Made by a program: the position numbers and the translations under genes
Source of the DNA: an uncultured Acidobacteriaceae bacterium
Lineage (GTDB): Bacteria; Acidobacteriota; Terriglobia; Terriglobales; Acidobacteriaceae
Length of the DNA: 64,000 nucleotides
Direction of reading: 5' to 3'
Assembly (NCBI GenBank): GCA_963794965.1
Contig: CAWCFQ010000004.1
Coordinates: 654,789-718,788 of the forward strand
In this document: positions 55,820-64,000 of the stretch, one piece after another
Layout of the letters: each line of letters begins with the position of its first letter
Position numbering within the stretch: the stretch's first letter is position 1
Notes under the pieces: generated by a model
Databases searched by the model: none
Seen by the model: only the letters and a program-made list of their open reading frames with translations
What the model was told of the DNA's origin: nothing

Positions 55820-57619
55820 ATGGTGCCGAAGAACCTACGCCCCCTCGTTCCCTATCTCAAGCGTTACCGCCGGGGACTCACCTTGGGCGCTTTGTGCGTC
55901 CTGCTCACTAACAGCATCGCCGTCCAGTTTCCGCAAGTTCTGCGCCACGCCACCAACGATCTTCACTCCGGAGTCACCACTCAAAAATTGCTGAAGTACG
56001 CTCTCGCCATCATCGCCGTTTTTGTGGCCAAAGGCATCTTCCAGTTTCTGACGCGCTGGATCGTCATCGGCATTTCCCGCGACATCGAATTCGATCTGCG
56101 CAACGATCTCTTCGCTCACCTCGAAAGCCTCTCCTACTCTTACTACCAGCGCAATCGCACCGGCGACATCATGGCTCGCGCCACCAACGATCTGAATGCC
56201 GTCCGCAATCTGCTCGGCCCAGCCATCATGTATTCCGCCAACACCATTGTGTTCACCGCGCTGGCCGTGAGTTACATGTTCAAGATCAGCCCCAAGCTGA
56301 CCATCTTCGCTTTCTTGCCACTCCCCGTAGCCAGTATCGTCATTCAATATTTCGGCCGCCAGATTCACGAGCGCTTCGAACGCATTCAGGCCATGTTCTC
56401 CGACATCTCAGCCCGCGCTCAGGAGAATTTCTCCGGCGCCCGCGTAATCCGCGCCTACGTGCAGGAGCAATCCGAGATCGCCGCCTTCGAATCCGCCAAC
56501 CAGGAATACATCCGTCGCAGCCTCGGCCTGGTTCGCCTGATGGGCATGCTCTGGCCAACTCTGGAGCTGATGCTGGGCATCGCCACCGTCATCGTCCTCT
56601 GGCTAGGCGGCCGCCAGGTCCTGCAGGGTCGGATGAACGTAGGCGACTTCGTCGCCTTCAACACCTACATGGCGCAATTGATGTGGCCGGTAATCGCCTT
56701 GGGATGGGTCATCAACATCTTCCAGCGTGGAACCGCCTCCATGGCGCGTATTCAGGAAATCCTCTCCCAGCAACCCGAGATAGCCGACGAAGCTGGTGTG
56801 GGGACGGGCGACTCGCCCGTCCAGCGCGCAGCCGCCACCCGCGCCCCCATCCTCGGTGAAATCGAATTCCGCAATCTAAACTTCGCCTACAACGGCACCG
56901 CTGTTCTAAAGGACGTCAACCTGCGCATCCCCGCCAGCTCCAGCCTAGCCATAGTCGGCCCCACCGGCTCCGGCAAAACCACGCTAGTCAGCCTGATCCC
57001 CCGCATCTACGACGCCGAGCCCGGCACGGTTCTAATCGACGGCCTCCCCATTCGCCAATTCCCTCTCGACTCTCTCCGCCGCCACATAGGATTCGTTCCC
57101 CAGGAAACTTTCCTCTTCAGCGACACCATCCGCGAAAACATCGCCTTCGGAGTATCGAAGGAGGCGTCGCGCGAAGACGGTGACGTCCCGCTAGATGACA
57201 TCGAAGCCGCCGCCGAAGCCGCCAACATCGCCCACGACATCGAAAGTTTCCCCGAAGGCTTCAACACTACCGTAGGCGAACGCGGCATCACTCTTTCCGG
57301 AGGCCAGAAGCAGCGCACCGCCATAGCCCGCGCCCTGCTTCGCAGCCCGAGCATCCTCATCCTCGACGACGCTCTCTCCAGTGTCGACACTCACACCGAA
57401 GACAAAATCCTCAACCACCTCCGCGAAATCATGCAGGGACGCACCACCATCTTCATTTCCCACCGCGTTTCCACCGTCCGCAACGCCGACTCCATAGCCG
57501 TCCTCTACCAGGGACGCATAGTGGAACAAGGCACCCACGACCAACTCCTGGCCCGCAACGGCTACTACACCGACCTCTATAACAAGCAGTTGCTCGAAGA
57601 AGAGCTAGCCGAAGTCTAG
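55820..57619 (+). CDS. ABC exporter, fused permease/ATPase (MsbA-like)
   Basis: Six-TM N-domain, Walker A GPTGSGKTT, signature LSGGQKQR and Walker B ILILDDA. Confidence 0.9.
   Translation: MVPKNLRPLVPYLKRYRRGLTLGALCVLLTNSIAVQFPQVLRHATNDLHSGVTTQKLLKYALAIIAVFVAKGIFQFLTRWIVIGISRDIEFDLRNDLFAHLESLSYSYYQRNRTGDIMARATNDLNAVRNLLGPAIMYSANTIVFTALAVSYMFKISPKLTIFAFLPLPVASIVIQYFGRQIHERFERIQAMFSDISARAQENFSGARVIRAYVQEQSEIAAFESANQEYIRRSLGLVRLMGMLWPTLELMLGIATVIVLWLGGRQVLQGRMNVGDFVAFNTYMAQLMWPVIALGWVINIFQRGTASMARIQEILSQQPEIADEAGVGTGDSPVQRAAATRAPILGEIEFRNLNFAYNGTAVLKDVNLRIPASSSLAIVGPTGSGKTTLVSLIPRIYDAEPGTVLIDGLPIRQFPLDSLRRHIGFVPQETFLFSDTIRENIAFGVSKEASREDGDVPLDDIEAAAEAANIAHDIESFPEGFNTTVGERGITLSGGQKQRTAIARALLRSPSILILDDALSSVDTHTEDKILNHLREIMQGRTTIFISHRVSTVRNADSIAVLYQGRIVEQGTHDQLLARNGYYTDLYNKQLLEEELAEV
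56797..56835. repeat. In-frame copy of the GTGTGGGGACGGGCG...CGCCCGTCC hairpin repeat inside the ABC exporter linker
   Basis: gtgtggggacgggcgactcgcccgtccagcgcgcagc aligns with 7160-7201 and encodes GVGTGDSPVQRAA. Confidence 0.7.
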
Positions 57620-57654
57620 CCAGCGTCCCGTACATTTGCGATTTATTGGGAACT

Positions 57655-57737
57655 GTCATCCTGAGCGAAGCGAAGGACCTATGCAGTTTGCTCGCAGCGC
57701 CGGAATGCACCGTGTAGGGCGGACACTCTTGCCCGCC
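57655..57737. repeat. Composite REP-like element (GTCATCCTGAGCGAAGCGAAGGACC plus GTAGGGCGGACACTCTTGCCCGCC hairpin)
   Basis: Read directly. The first unit matches 342-390. The second forms ggcggaca/tgcccgcc, 7 of 8 bp. Confidence 0.6.
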
Positions 57738-57841
57738 AACCCCAGACCGGGGAGCAGATGTCAATTTCTTGCACAAACGCCATCTAATATTTCCTGTTCA
57801 TACAACCCCACGCGGATTAACTTGCTCAGACAAGGAGAAGC

Positions 57842-60800
57842 ATGGATAATGCTTCCGAGTCCCCCACCATCCCTTTGCCTCACGGAGTGACCATGCGACG
57901 TTCGCGTTCGGCCTTGCTGTCCTTCTCTAAAAGCGCCTTCTTCCCTGCCCTTTTGATTGTTTGCCTCCTCGTCCTCGCCAACCCGCTGTTGGCGCAGCAG
58001 GCGCCGGTGCTGGTCACGCAGGCGGTGGATAACTCCGTCCGCACGGTTCTGACCGGCAACGTCCACCCACTGGCTCGCGCCGGGTTCGACCAGGGCGAAG
58101 CCCCGACCGACCTTATGTTGCACCGCATGATGCTGGTGCTGAAGCGCAGCGATCAGCAGGAGACCGCCCTGCGCCGCCTGATTGAAAATCAGCAGAACAA
58201 GAATTCGTCCAGCTATCACAACTGGTTGACTCCGGTCGAATTCGGCGCCCAGTTCGGTCCCGCCGATTCCGACATCGCCGCCGTTACCAACTGGCTCACC
58301 GCAAGCGGTTTCCAGATCACGCAGATCAGCAACGGCCGCACCGTGATTGAGTTCAACGGCACGGCCGGACAGGTGAAGCAAGCTTTCGGGACGGCGATTC
58401 ACAGTTACGTCGTCAAGGGTGAGCAACACTGGGCCAACGCCAGCGATCCATCAATCCCCAAGGCCCTTGCCCCGGTCATCGCAGGAGTGAACTCGCTGAA
58501 CGGCTTTCGCAGGAAGGCCCAGAACATCTACGTCGGAACCTATTCCGAAAAAACCAGGCAGCTGACCTCGCCCAACCCGAACATAGCCTACGGCGGCGCA
58601 TGCGGCCCCCTCAGTGCGCTCTGTAACGCGGTCGGTCCGTATGACTTCGCCACCATTTACGATCTCCTGCCGCTTTGGAATGCTTCCCCAGCAATTAACG
58701 GCACCGGCCAGACCATCGCCATCGTCGGCGACACCGATATCTATGCGGGCGATCCCACGGCGACTCCGCCCATTCCGAGCGATGCCGTCGCCTTTTGGAA
58801 CCTGTTTGGCCTCGATGGTGTGCACGCTCCCCAACCCACCCTCAACATCATCACCAACGGCCCCGATCCCGGCTACAACGGCGACGAACCCGAAGCCGAC
58901 ATCGACACCCAGTGGTCGGGTGCGGCCGCGCCCGGCGCCACCATTGACTTTGTCACTTCCGCAGACACCGACACCGTGGCCGGCATCGACCTCTCCGCCA
59001 TCTATATCATCGACAACAATCTCGCCCCGGTCATGAGCGAAAGTTATGGAGAATGCGAAGCTGGCCTGGGCACCAGCGGCATCGACTTCTACGGCAACAT
59101 GTGGGAGCAGGCCGCCGCGCAAGGCATAACCGTCATGGTCTCCAGCGGAGACTCCGGCTCGGCCGGCTGCGATTACTCCGGCTACCCCCCCGACCTTGAC
59201 GTTGAATACTTCGGTTTTGATGGGTTGGCCGTAAACGGGATTGCTTCCACGCCGTGGAACGTCGCGGTCGGCGGCACCGACTTCAACCAGCCCACTACTG
59301 CCCTTCAGGAACAATACTGGAATTCAACGAACGCGCCGATTACGCAGGAGTCCGCCAAGGGCCCCATCCCGGAAACTACCTGGAATAATTCGTGCACGAA
59401 TGCCATTTGGCAGCCGACTTATGGAACTACCGCTGAAGCGGCCTGCAACAACTTAAGCCTCGACGATGCTATCGTCGGCGGCGGCGGCGGCGGTGCCAGT
59501 GGCGAAGACGGTTTGGGTTTCGGCTGGCTCAAACCAACCTGGCAAACCGGCCATGGCGTTCCCAACGACAATGCCCGCGACCTTCCCGACGTTTCGCTTT
59601 TCGCCAGCAACGGCTTCTTGGGTAGTTTCTACGTCATCTGTCAGAGCGACCAAACCGGCGGCCCCGGTAGCTGCACGCTTGACAACCTTGGTGGCTACGG
59701 CGGCACCTCCGTCGCCTCGCCCGCCTTCGCCGGAATCATGGCGCTGGTGAACCAGGCGACGAAGTCACCGCAAGGCAACGCGAACCTTGTACTTTACAAC
59801 TTGGCGTCAAATCAGCCCACCGCCTTCCACAACGTTCCTGTCGGCTCTACCATCGCGATGCCCTGCGTCACCGGGACCGATCCAGACTGCATCACCAACG
59901 TTGGCACAGACAACTACGGAATCCTCTCGGGTTGGGCCACCACCGCCAGCTACGATCTCGCCACCGGCCTCGGATCGGTGGACGCCGCCAACCTGGTGAA
60001 CAAGTGGGGCGACGTCAGCTTCGCTCCCACGAACACTACCTTGAGCATTACCGTCCCCACAAACACGACGCATGGCACGAAGATAGCCGTATCGGGTACC
60101 GTGAGCCCAAGTGCCGCGACTGGCGACGTTTCCCTGCTCGTCGCTCCGGGAACGCCGGGGAATCCAGGCATTCAGTTTGGCACTCTGAGCGGGGGTACGG
60201 TCAGCGGCCATACCACCTTGCTCCCGGGCGGCACCTACAGTGTGATCGCGCACTACGGAGGCGACACGACCTACGGCGGCAGCTACTCACCCGCGTCGGC
60301 GCAATTCACCATCAACCCGGAAAGTAGCTCGGTAGCCATGAATGCTTTTACCGCGACGCCGGGTGTGGTCGTGTTCGAAGGATTCGACGTAAACGGGAAT
60401 CCCATTTTTGTGAATTCGAACTCGGTCGTTTACGGCACCGGCGGTTTTGCCCTCTACTACAATCTCTATCCCTACAGCGTTATTGGTGCCTACTGGCTCC
60501 GCGCCGATGTGCTGAATTCAGCGGGGAGCTATTGCAACCCGCAGATCTTCGACAACGTGCCTCCTCCAACCGGGCCTCCATTCGTTGCGTGTCCTACCGG
60601 CGCCGTGTCCTTCACCGATAATGGCCAAAAGCTGGATGCCAGCCCCTACGGTTTGAACAGCACCGGATTCACGGAAGATCAAGGTATCCAACTCACCGGC
60701 GGCTCGCACACTCTGGTCGCAACCTACAGCGGAGATAAGAGCTACAACGCGAGCCACACCACCGCCGCCATCACCGTCACACCGGCGACGACCGCCATCA

Positions 60801-62872
60801 GCAACGTCGCCACATCCGTCGGCACGGTAGCTGCAGGCACACCATTCAACGTCACCGCAACCGTCACCACGACGAGCTATGGCGCGGCCCCGACTGGCAC
60901 GGTTTCCTTCTACTACAGCGGAACACTGCTGGGCAAGGCGCAAACCACGCCCGCTAACGGCAGTCCCAGTGCCGGCACTGTAGCCTCCCTCGCCGCCTCC
61001 CTGACCGCTTCCATCCCCACGGCCGGGACCTACAACATCACCGCAACCTACTCCGGAGACGGCAACTATACGGCCGTGGCCGCCGGACAAAGCAACTCCG
61101 TGCCCATCACGGTCACGCCAACGAACTTCACGTTGTCGGCTAGTCCGGCTTCCTTGAGTATCGCGCAAGGAGCCAATGGCACAAGCACCATCACGATCAC
61201 GAGCCAGAACGGTTTCAGCTCCGCCACCACGCTGAGCGCTAGCGGTCTGCCCAGCGGCGTGACGGCTGCGTTCTCGCCCAACCCCGTCACTCCTCCAGCG
61301 AATGGCAACACGACCTCGACACTGACGCTCACCGCATCCGCCACGGCGACCACCGGCCTGGCCACGGTCACCATCACCGGCACGTCGGGCAGCTCGACCG
61401 CAACCACCACGATTGCCCTCACAGTGACCGGGCCACCCAGCTTCACGCTGTCGGCTTCGCCCGCCAGTGTGACGATCACGCCAACCCTTCCCGGAGGCAC
61501 CAGCACCATCACGGTGACCGACGTGAACGGATTCACCGGCAGTGTAAGCCTCGCGGCGACGGGCCTGCCAAACGGTGTGACCGCGTCATTTGCGACGAAC
61601 CCCACAACCTCAACCAGCTTGCTCACCCTGACGGCCAGTGCCACGGCAACCGTCGGGCCTGCGACGGTGACCATCACTGGCACATCCGGCAGCCTGGCCC
61701 CAACCACCACGATCGCCCTTACGGTGACGCCGCCACCGAACTTCACGCTGTCGGCTTCGCCCGCCAGCCTGGCGATCACACAAAACCTCACCGGGGGCAC
61801 CAGCACCATCACGGTAAACCCAACGAATGGCTTCACGGGCAGCGTGACCTTGACGGCAACAGGGCTGCCCACCGGAGTCACCGCCTCATTCGCTACGAAC
61901 CCGACAACCTCGACGAGCGTGCTCACCCTGACGGCAAGCAGCTCGGCAGCGGCCGGGACCGCGACGGTGACCATCACCGGCAAGTCGGGCAGTTTGGCGT
62001 CCGAAACGACTACTGTTGCCCTCACGGTCAATCAGAATTTCGCCGTGGGCAATCCCACTGCTGCTTCTCCGTCACCAGTACTCGCCGGAGAACCCGCCAC
62101 GTCCACCTTTACCGTGACGGCGGACGCCGGTGCGGCAACCTTCACCAGCCCCGTTACCTTCGCCTGCAACCTCCCTGCGGGAATCGTCGGCGTCACTTGT
62201 AACATCCCTACGATCACCGCAACCACCACATCACCCGCAACAGCCACCGTGACCATTAACACCGCCGGCCCCAACACGAGCGGAGGGAATAAGAATCTCC
62301 GACGCCGGGCTGACAACCGTTCTCCGTTGCTCCCCTTCGCATTGCCGCTCGCTGGCATCGTCTTGGCCGGGTTCGCGGGACGGAAGACGTCCAGGTATTC
62401 CGCGATTGTCGCCCTCTGCGCGTCGCTGGTGCTCCTCGGGTTGCTGGTTGCCTGCGGAAGCAGCAGCGCGCCTGCGGTAGGAGTTAGCGTAAGTCCTGAG
62501 GGATCGACCCTGTACCCGAACGGTCTCGCAGGTTCCAACTGGCCAAACCAAACGGCGTCGTTTACGGCAACGGTGACGAATTCGACCCAAGGCGTAACCT
62601 GGTCGATCAGCCCATCGACCGGGGGATCAATCACACCAAACGGCTTGACGGTAGCGTACAGCGCTCCCACGATCGCCGTCGGTCTGCCGGGAAGCGCGAC
62701 GATCACGGCAACTTCCCAAGCCGACTCAAGCAAGGTCGCTACGGCCACGGTAACGATCACACCCACAACCGTCCCCACAAGCATCGTCGGGCTGCCGTAC
62801 AGCATCACGGTGACGGCGACCGAGGGTTCCGCGGTGAACACCACGTCGGCCATTGGGCTGACCGTGGATTGA
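57842..62872 (+). CDS. Giant secreted S53 (sedolisin/kumamolisin-type) peptidase with Ig-like repeat arrays
   Basis: AGGAG lies 4 nt before the ATG. It has a signal peptide, then a pro-kumamolisin-type propeptide (NWLTPVEFGAQFGP...). The S53 catalytic core carries IAIVGD, EADIDTQW, SSGDSG and GGTSVASP. Multiple Big-like repeats follow. Near the C-terminus sit a TM segment and a lipobox-like segment, then a Big_2-like domain. Confidence 0.85.
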   Translation: MDNASESPTIPLPHGVTMRRSRSALLSFSKSAFFPALLIVCLLVLANPLLAQQAPVLVTQAVDNSVRTVLTGNVHPLARAGFDQGEAPTDLMLHRMMLVLKRSDQQETALRRLIENQQNKNSSSYHNWLTPVEFGAQFGPADSDIAAVTNWLTASGFQITQISNGRTVIEFNGTAGQVKQAFGTAIHSYVVKGEQHWANASDPSIPKALAPVIAGVNSLNGFRRKAQNIYVGTYSEKTRQLTSPNPNIAYGGACGPLSALCNAVGPYDFATIYDLLPLWNASPAINGTGQTIAIVGDTDIYAGDPTATPPIPSDAVAFWNLFGLDGVHAPQPTLNIITNGPDPGYNGDEPEADIDTQWSGAAAPGATIDFVTSADTDTVAGIDLSAIYIIDNNLAPVMSESYGECEAGLGTSGIDFYGNMWEQAAAQGITVMVSSGDSGSAGCDYSGYPPDLDVEYFGFDGLAVNGIASTPWNVAVGGTDFNQPTTALQEQYWNSTNAPITQESAKGPIPETTWNNSCTNAIWQPTYGTTAEAACNNLSLDDAIVGGGGGGASGEDGLGFGWLKPTWQTGHGVPNDNARDLPDVSLFASNGFLGSFYVICQSDQTGGPGSCTLDNLGGYGGTSVASPAFAGIMALVNQATKSPQGNANLVLYNLASNQPTAFHNVPVGSTIAMPCVTGTDPDCITNVGTDNYGILSGWATTASYDLATGLGSVDAANLVNKWGDVSFAPTNTTLSITVPTNTTHGTKIAVSGTVSPSAATGDVSLLVAPGTPGNPGIQFGTLSGGTVSGHTTLLPGGTYSVIAHYGGDTTYGGSYSPASAQFTINPESSSVAMNAFTATPGVVVFEGFDVNGNPIFVNSNSVVYGTGGFALYYNLYPYSVIGAYWLRADVLNSAGSYCNPQIFDNVPPPTGPPFVACPTGAVSFTDNGQKLDASPYGLNSTGFTEDQGIQLTGGSHTLVATYSGDKSYNASHTTAAITVTPATTAISNVATSVGTVAAGTPFNVTATVTTTSYGAAPTGTVSFYYSGTLLGKAQTTPANGSPSAGTVASLAASLTASIPTAGTYNITATYSGDGNYTAVAAGQSNSVPITVTPTNFTLSASPASLSIAQGANGTSTITITSQNGFSSATTLSASGLPSGVTAAFSPNPVTPPANGNTTSTLTLTASATATTGLATVTITGTSGSSTATTTIALTVTGPPSFTLSASPASVTITPTLPGGTSTITVTDVNGFTGSVSLAATGLPNGVTASFATNPTTSTSLLTLTASATATVGPATVTITGTSGSLAPTTTIALTVTPPPNFTLSASPASLAITQNLTGGTSTITVNPTNGFTGSVTLTATGLPTGVTASFATNPTTSTSVLTLTASSSAAAGTATVTITGKSGSLASETTTVALTVNQNFAVGNPTAASPSPVLAGEPATSTFTVTADAGAATFTSPVTFACNLPAGIVGVTCNIPTITATTTSPATATVTINTAGPNTSGGNKNLRRRADNRSPLLPFALPLAGIVLAGFAGRKTSRYSAIVALCASLVLLGLLVACGSSSAPAVGVSVSPEGSTLYPNGLAGSNWPNQTASFTATVTNSTQGVTWSISPSTGGSITPNGLTVAYSAPTIAVGLPGSATITATSQADSSKVATATVTITPTTVPTSIVGLPYSITVTATEGSAVNTTSAIGLTVD
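61124..62034 (+). repeat. Three tandem ~300-bp coding repeats (about 100-aa Ig-like units)
   Basis: Units start near 61124, 61439 and 61738, each (N/S)FTLSASPAS...GTSTITV...GLP(S/N/T)GVTA(A/S)F...LTLTAS...ATVTITG(T/K)SGS...ALTV. A fourth, degenerate unit follows. Confidence 0.85.
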
Positions 62873-62902
62873 GGGTGCTTTCGTAGTTAGCTGATTTTAC
62901 TC

Positions 62903-62935
62903 AGGGCGCGGAGAGCTTCCGCGCCCTTTCTTTAT
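62903..62935 (+). terminator. Rho-independent terminator of the S53 gene
   Basis: agggcgcgga-gagct-tccgcgccct forms a 10-bp GC-rich stem and is followed by ttctttatt. Confidence 0.8.
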
Positions 62936-63196
62936 TCGCAGCCAAGCCAGCGTCGAAATGAACTGGAGCAGTTTCGCCCTTGCTGAATCCTTCCCTGCTC
63001 GCCCCCAACCACAGCCCAAAACTGTCCCTAACTTATTGATTACTAAATACCTTACGAATAAGTCCTTATTTCTCAAAGACCTGGAGGAAATGCTACCTAA
63101 GTCTCTGATTTCTAAGGACCGCTTCCAGGGGGGTCCAGCCGCCTCGGTATCTATGCCACATCCAAGAAAGGAGTCCACTTTCCCAGAAGCGCTCTA

Positions 63197-63268
63197 GCCT
63201 CTGTCTTGAAAGGGCGCGGCTTCAGCCGCGCCGCAAGGACCCCTAAATGAAAGCACCTCTAGGCGCTG
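63197..63268 (+). repeat. Two-hairpin dispersed repeat, copy C
   Basis: ggcgcggc-ttca-gccgcgcc followed by (a)gcacct-ct-aggcgc(t). Confidence 0.65.
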
Positions 63269-63279
63269 AGGCTCCCGCC

Positions 63280-64000
63280 TCAATCGCTGTCTGGAGGCGT
63301 CGGCGGCCTCTTGTCATTCAGAAAGTACTGCGCATCCAAATCCGACGGAATCGTCTGAAACGGCAACGGCGTCTGATTGAAGTCGAAGCAATCGGAGAAG
63401 TCATCCGCCATCGAGTCCGCGTAGCCGAGAGAAGGAAGACTGAACGTGGTCTCAACGAACTTCAATATGCTGCCGAAATCATGTTGCGCGTGCGAAATGT
63501 ACTGCGCTTTGACGTAAGGCGAGATCACAATCAGCGGCACCCGGAAGCCGTACACATAGCCGCATCCCCAAGTCTGGCAATTTACCAGCACTTGCGGCGG
63601 CGCAACGTGGTCATACCAGCCTCCCCAATCGTCCCAGGTAACAAAGATCGCCGTGTTCGCCCAATAGGGACTGTTGCCAATCGCGTTCACCACCGAAGCC
63701 ACCCACGAGGGCCCCTCGGTGCCGTCGGTCGGATGGTCCGAAGCCGCGCCGTCAGGAATCACCCAACTCACGTCCGCCAGTTGGTTGCTGGAAATGTCGG
63801 TCAGTATCTGCGTCTGATCGAAGATCACATGGTTGGTCCAATCCGCCCCCGCGCAAAAGGTCGCGTTGGGCGGCGGCACGTTCGGTCCGCATATATGCTC
63901 AATCGCCTCCGGTGCGTTCCAGATCGCCGGCGACCCGTGGATGGGAGGCGGCGGTGCAGTCCCGGGCGAGTAGTACCGCCAGGACAAGGATTTCGCCTCC
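63280..64000 (-). CDS. Phosphoesterase-family protein (phospholipase C / acid phosphatase type), N-terminus outside the window
   Basis: WVIPDGAASDHP, IFVTWDDWGGWYDHV and PLIVISPY motifs. The frame is open to the window edge. Confidence 0.75.
   Translation of the reverse strand, partial: EAKSLSWRYYSPGTAPPPPIHGSPAIWNAPEAIEHICGPNVPPPNATFCAGADWTNHVIFDQTQILTDISSNQLADVSWVIPDGAASDHPTDGTEGPSWVASVVNAIGNSPYWANTAIFVTWDDWGGWYDHVAPPQVLVNCQTWGCGYVYGFRVPLIVISPYVKAQYISHAQHDFGSILKFVETTFSLPSLGYADSMADDFSDCFDFNQTPLPFQTIPSDLDAQYFLNDKRPPTPPDSD

Noticed and set aside
61124-62034. 300-bp tandem repeats considered as a non-coding satellite or CRISPR-like array
   Set aside because: They are in frame within a continuous ORF and encode recognisable Ig-like units.
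61066-62853. Two long minus-strand ORFs (321 aa and 273 aa) opposite the S53/Ig-repeat gene
   Set aside because: They are Val/Thr/Ala low-complexity mirror images of the tandem coding repeats. They have no start context and no independent support.
62958-63197. 79-aa and 93-aa ORFs in the AT-richer stretch after the S53 terminator
   Set aside because: They overlap each other on opposite strands, have no RBS or family resemblance, and lie in a region containing a terminator and repeat elements.

Overview
GC-rich bacterial chromosomal segment. The gene content and repeat types suggest Acidobacteriota, but that is inference only. I call about 60 protein genes and two tRNAs, Arg-ACG and Leu-GAG. 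There is no rRNA and no CRISPR array. Most of the window is housekeeping or envelope: copA, a folE plus two PTPS plus SDR pterin cluster, truB, miaB, hpt, lysA, nadK, tlyA, yebC, secG, a fused lptF/lptG, a Cpx-like two-component system with a Spy/CpxP-like gene, a TonB-dependent receptor, and a 1676-aa S53 peptidase with Ig-like repeats. Four things deserve a second look. (1) A 7.4-kb integrative island sits in tRNA-Leu (32943-40326). It has a 24-bp att repeat, a tyrosine integrase and paired CGTACAAT arm-type sites. Its cargo includes an OLD/AAA15-type ATPase and a convergent operon of uncharacterised genes, which is a candidate defence module. An IS3-family element lies between them, and both flanking ORFs run into its terminal repeats. 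(2) A gene fuses an HPF/RaiA ribosome-hibernation domain to an ECF-sigma-like domain, and the next gene is an eRF1/Pelota-like (baeRF-type) protein with a zinc ribbon. (3) Many intergenic hairpins have arms built from tandem 6-13-nt words. They fall into several sequence families that share one architecture. (4) A two-hairpin dispersed repeat is present in three copies with compensatory stem substitutions. All family assignments come from motif recognition by eye. No searches were run.
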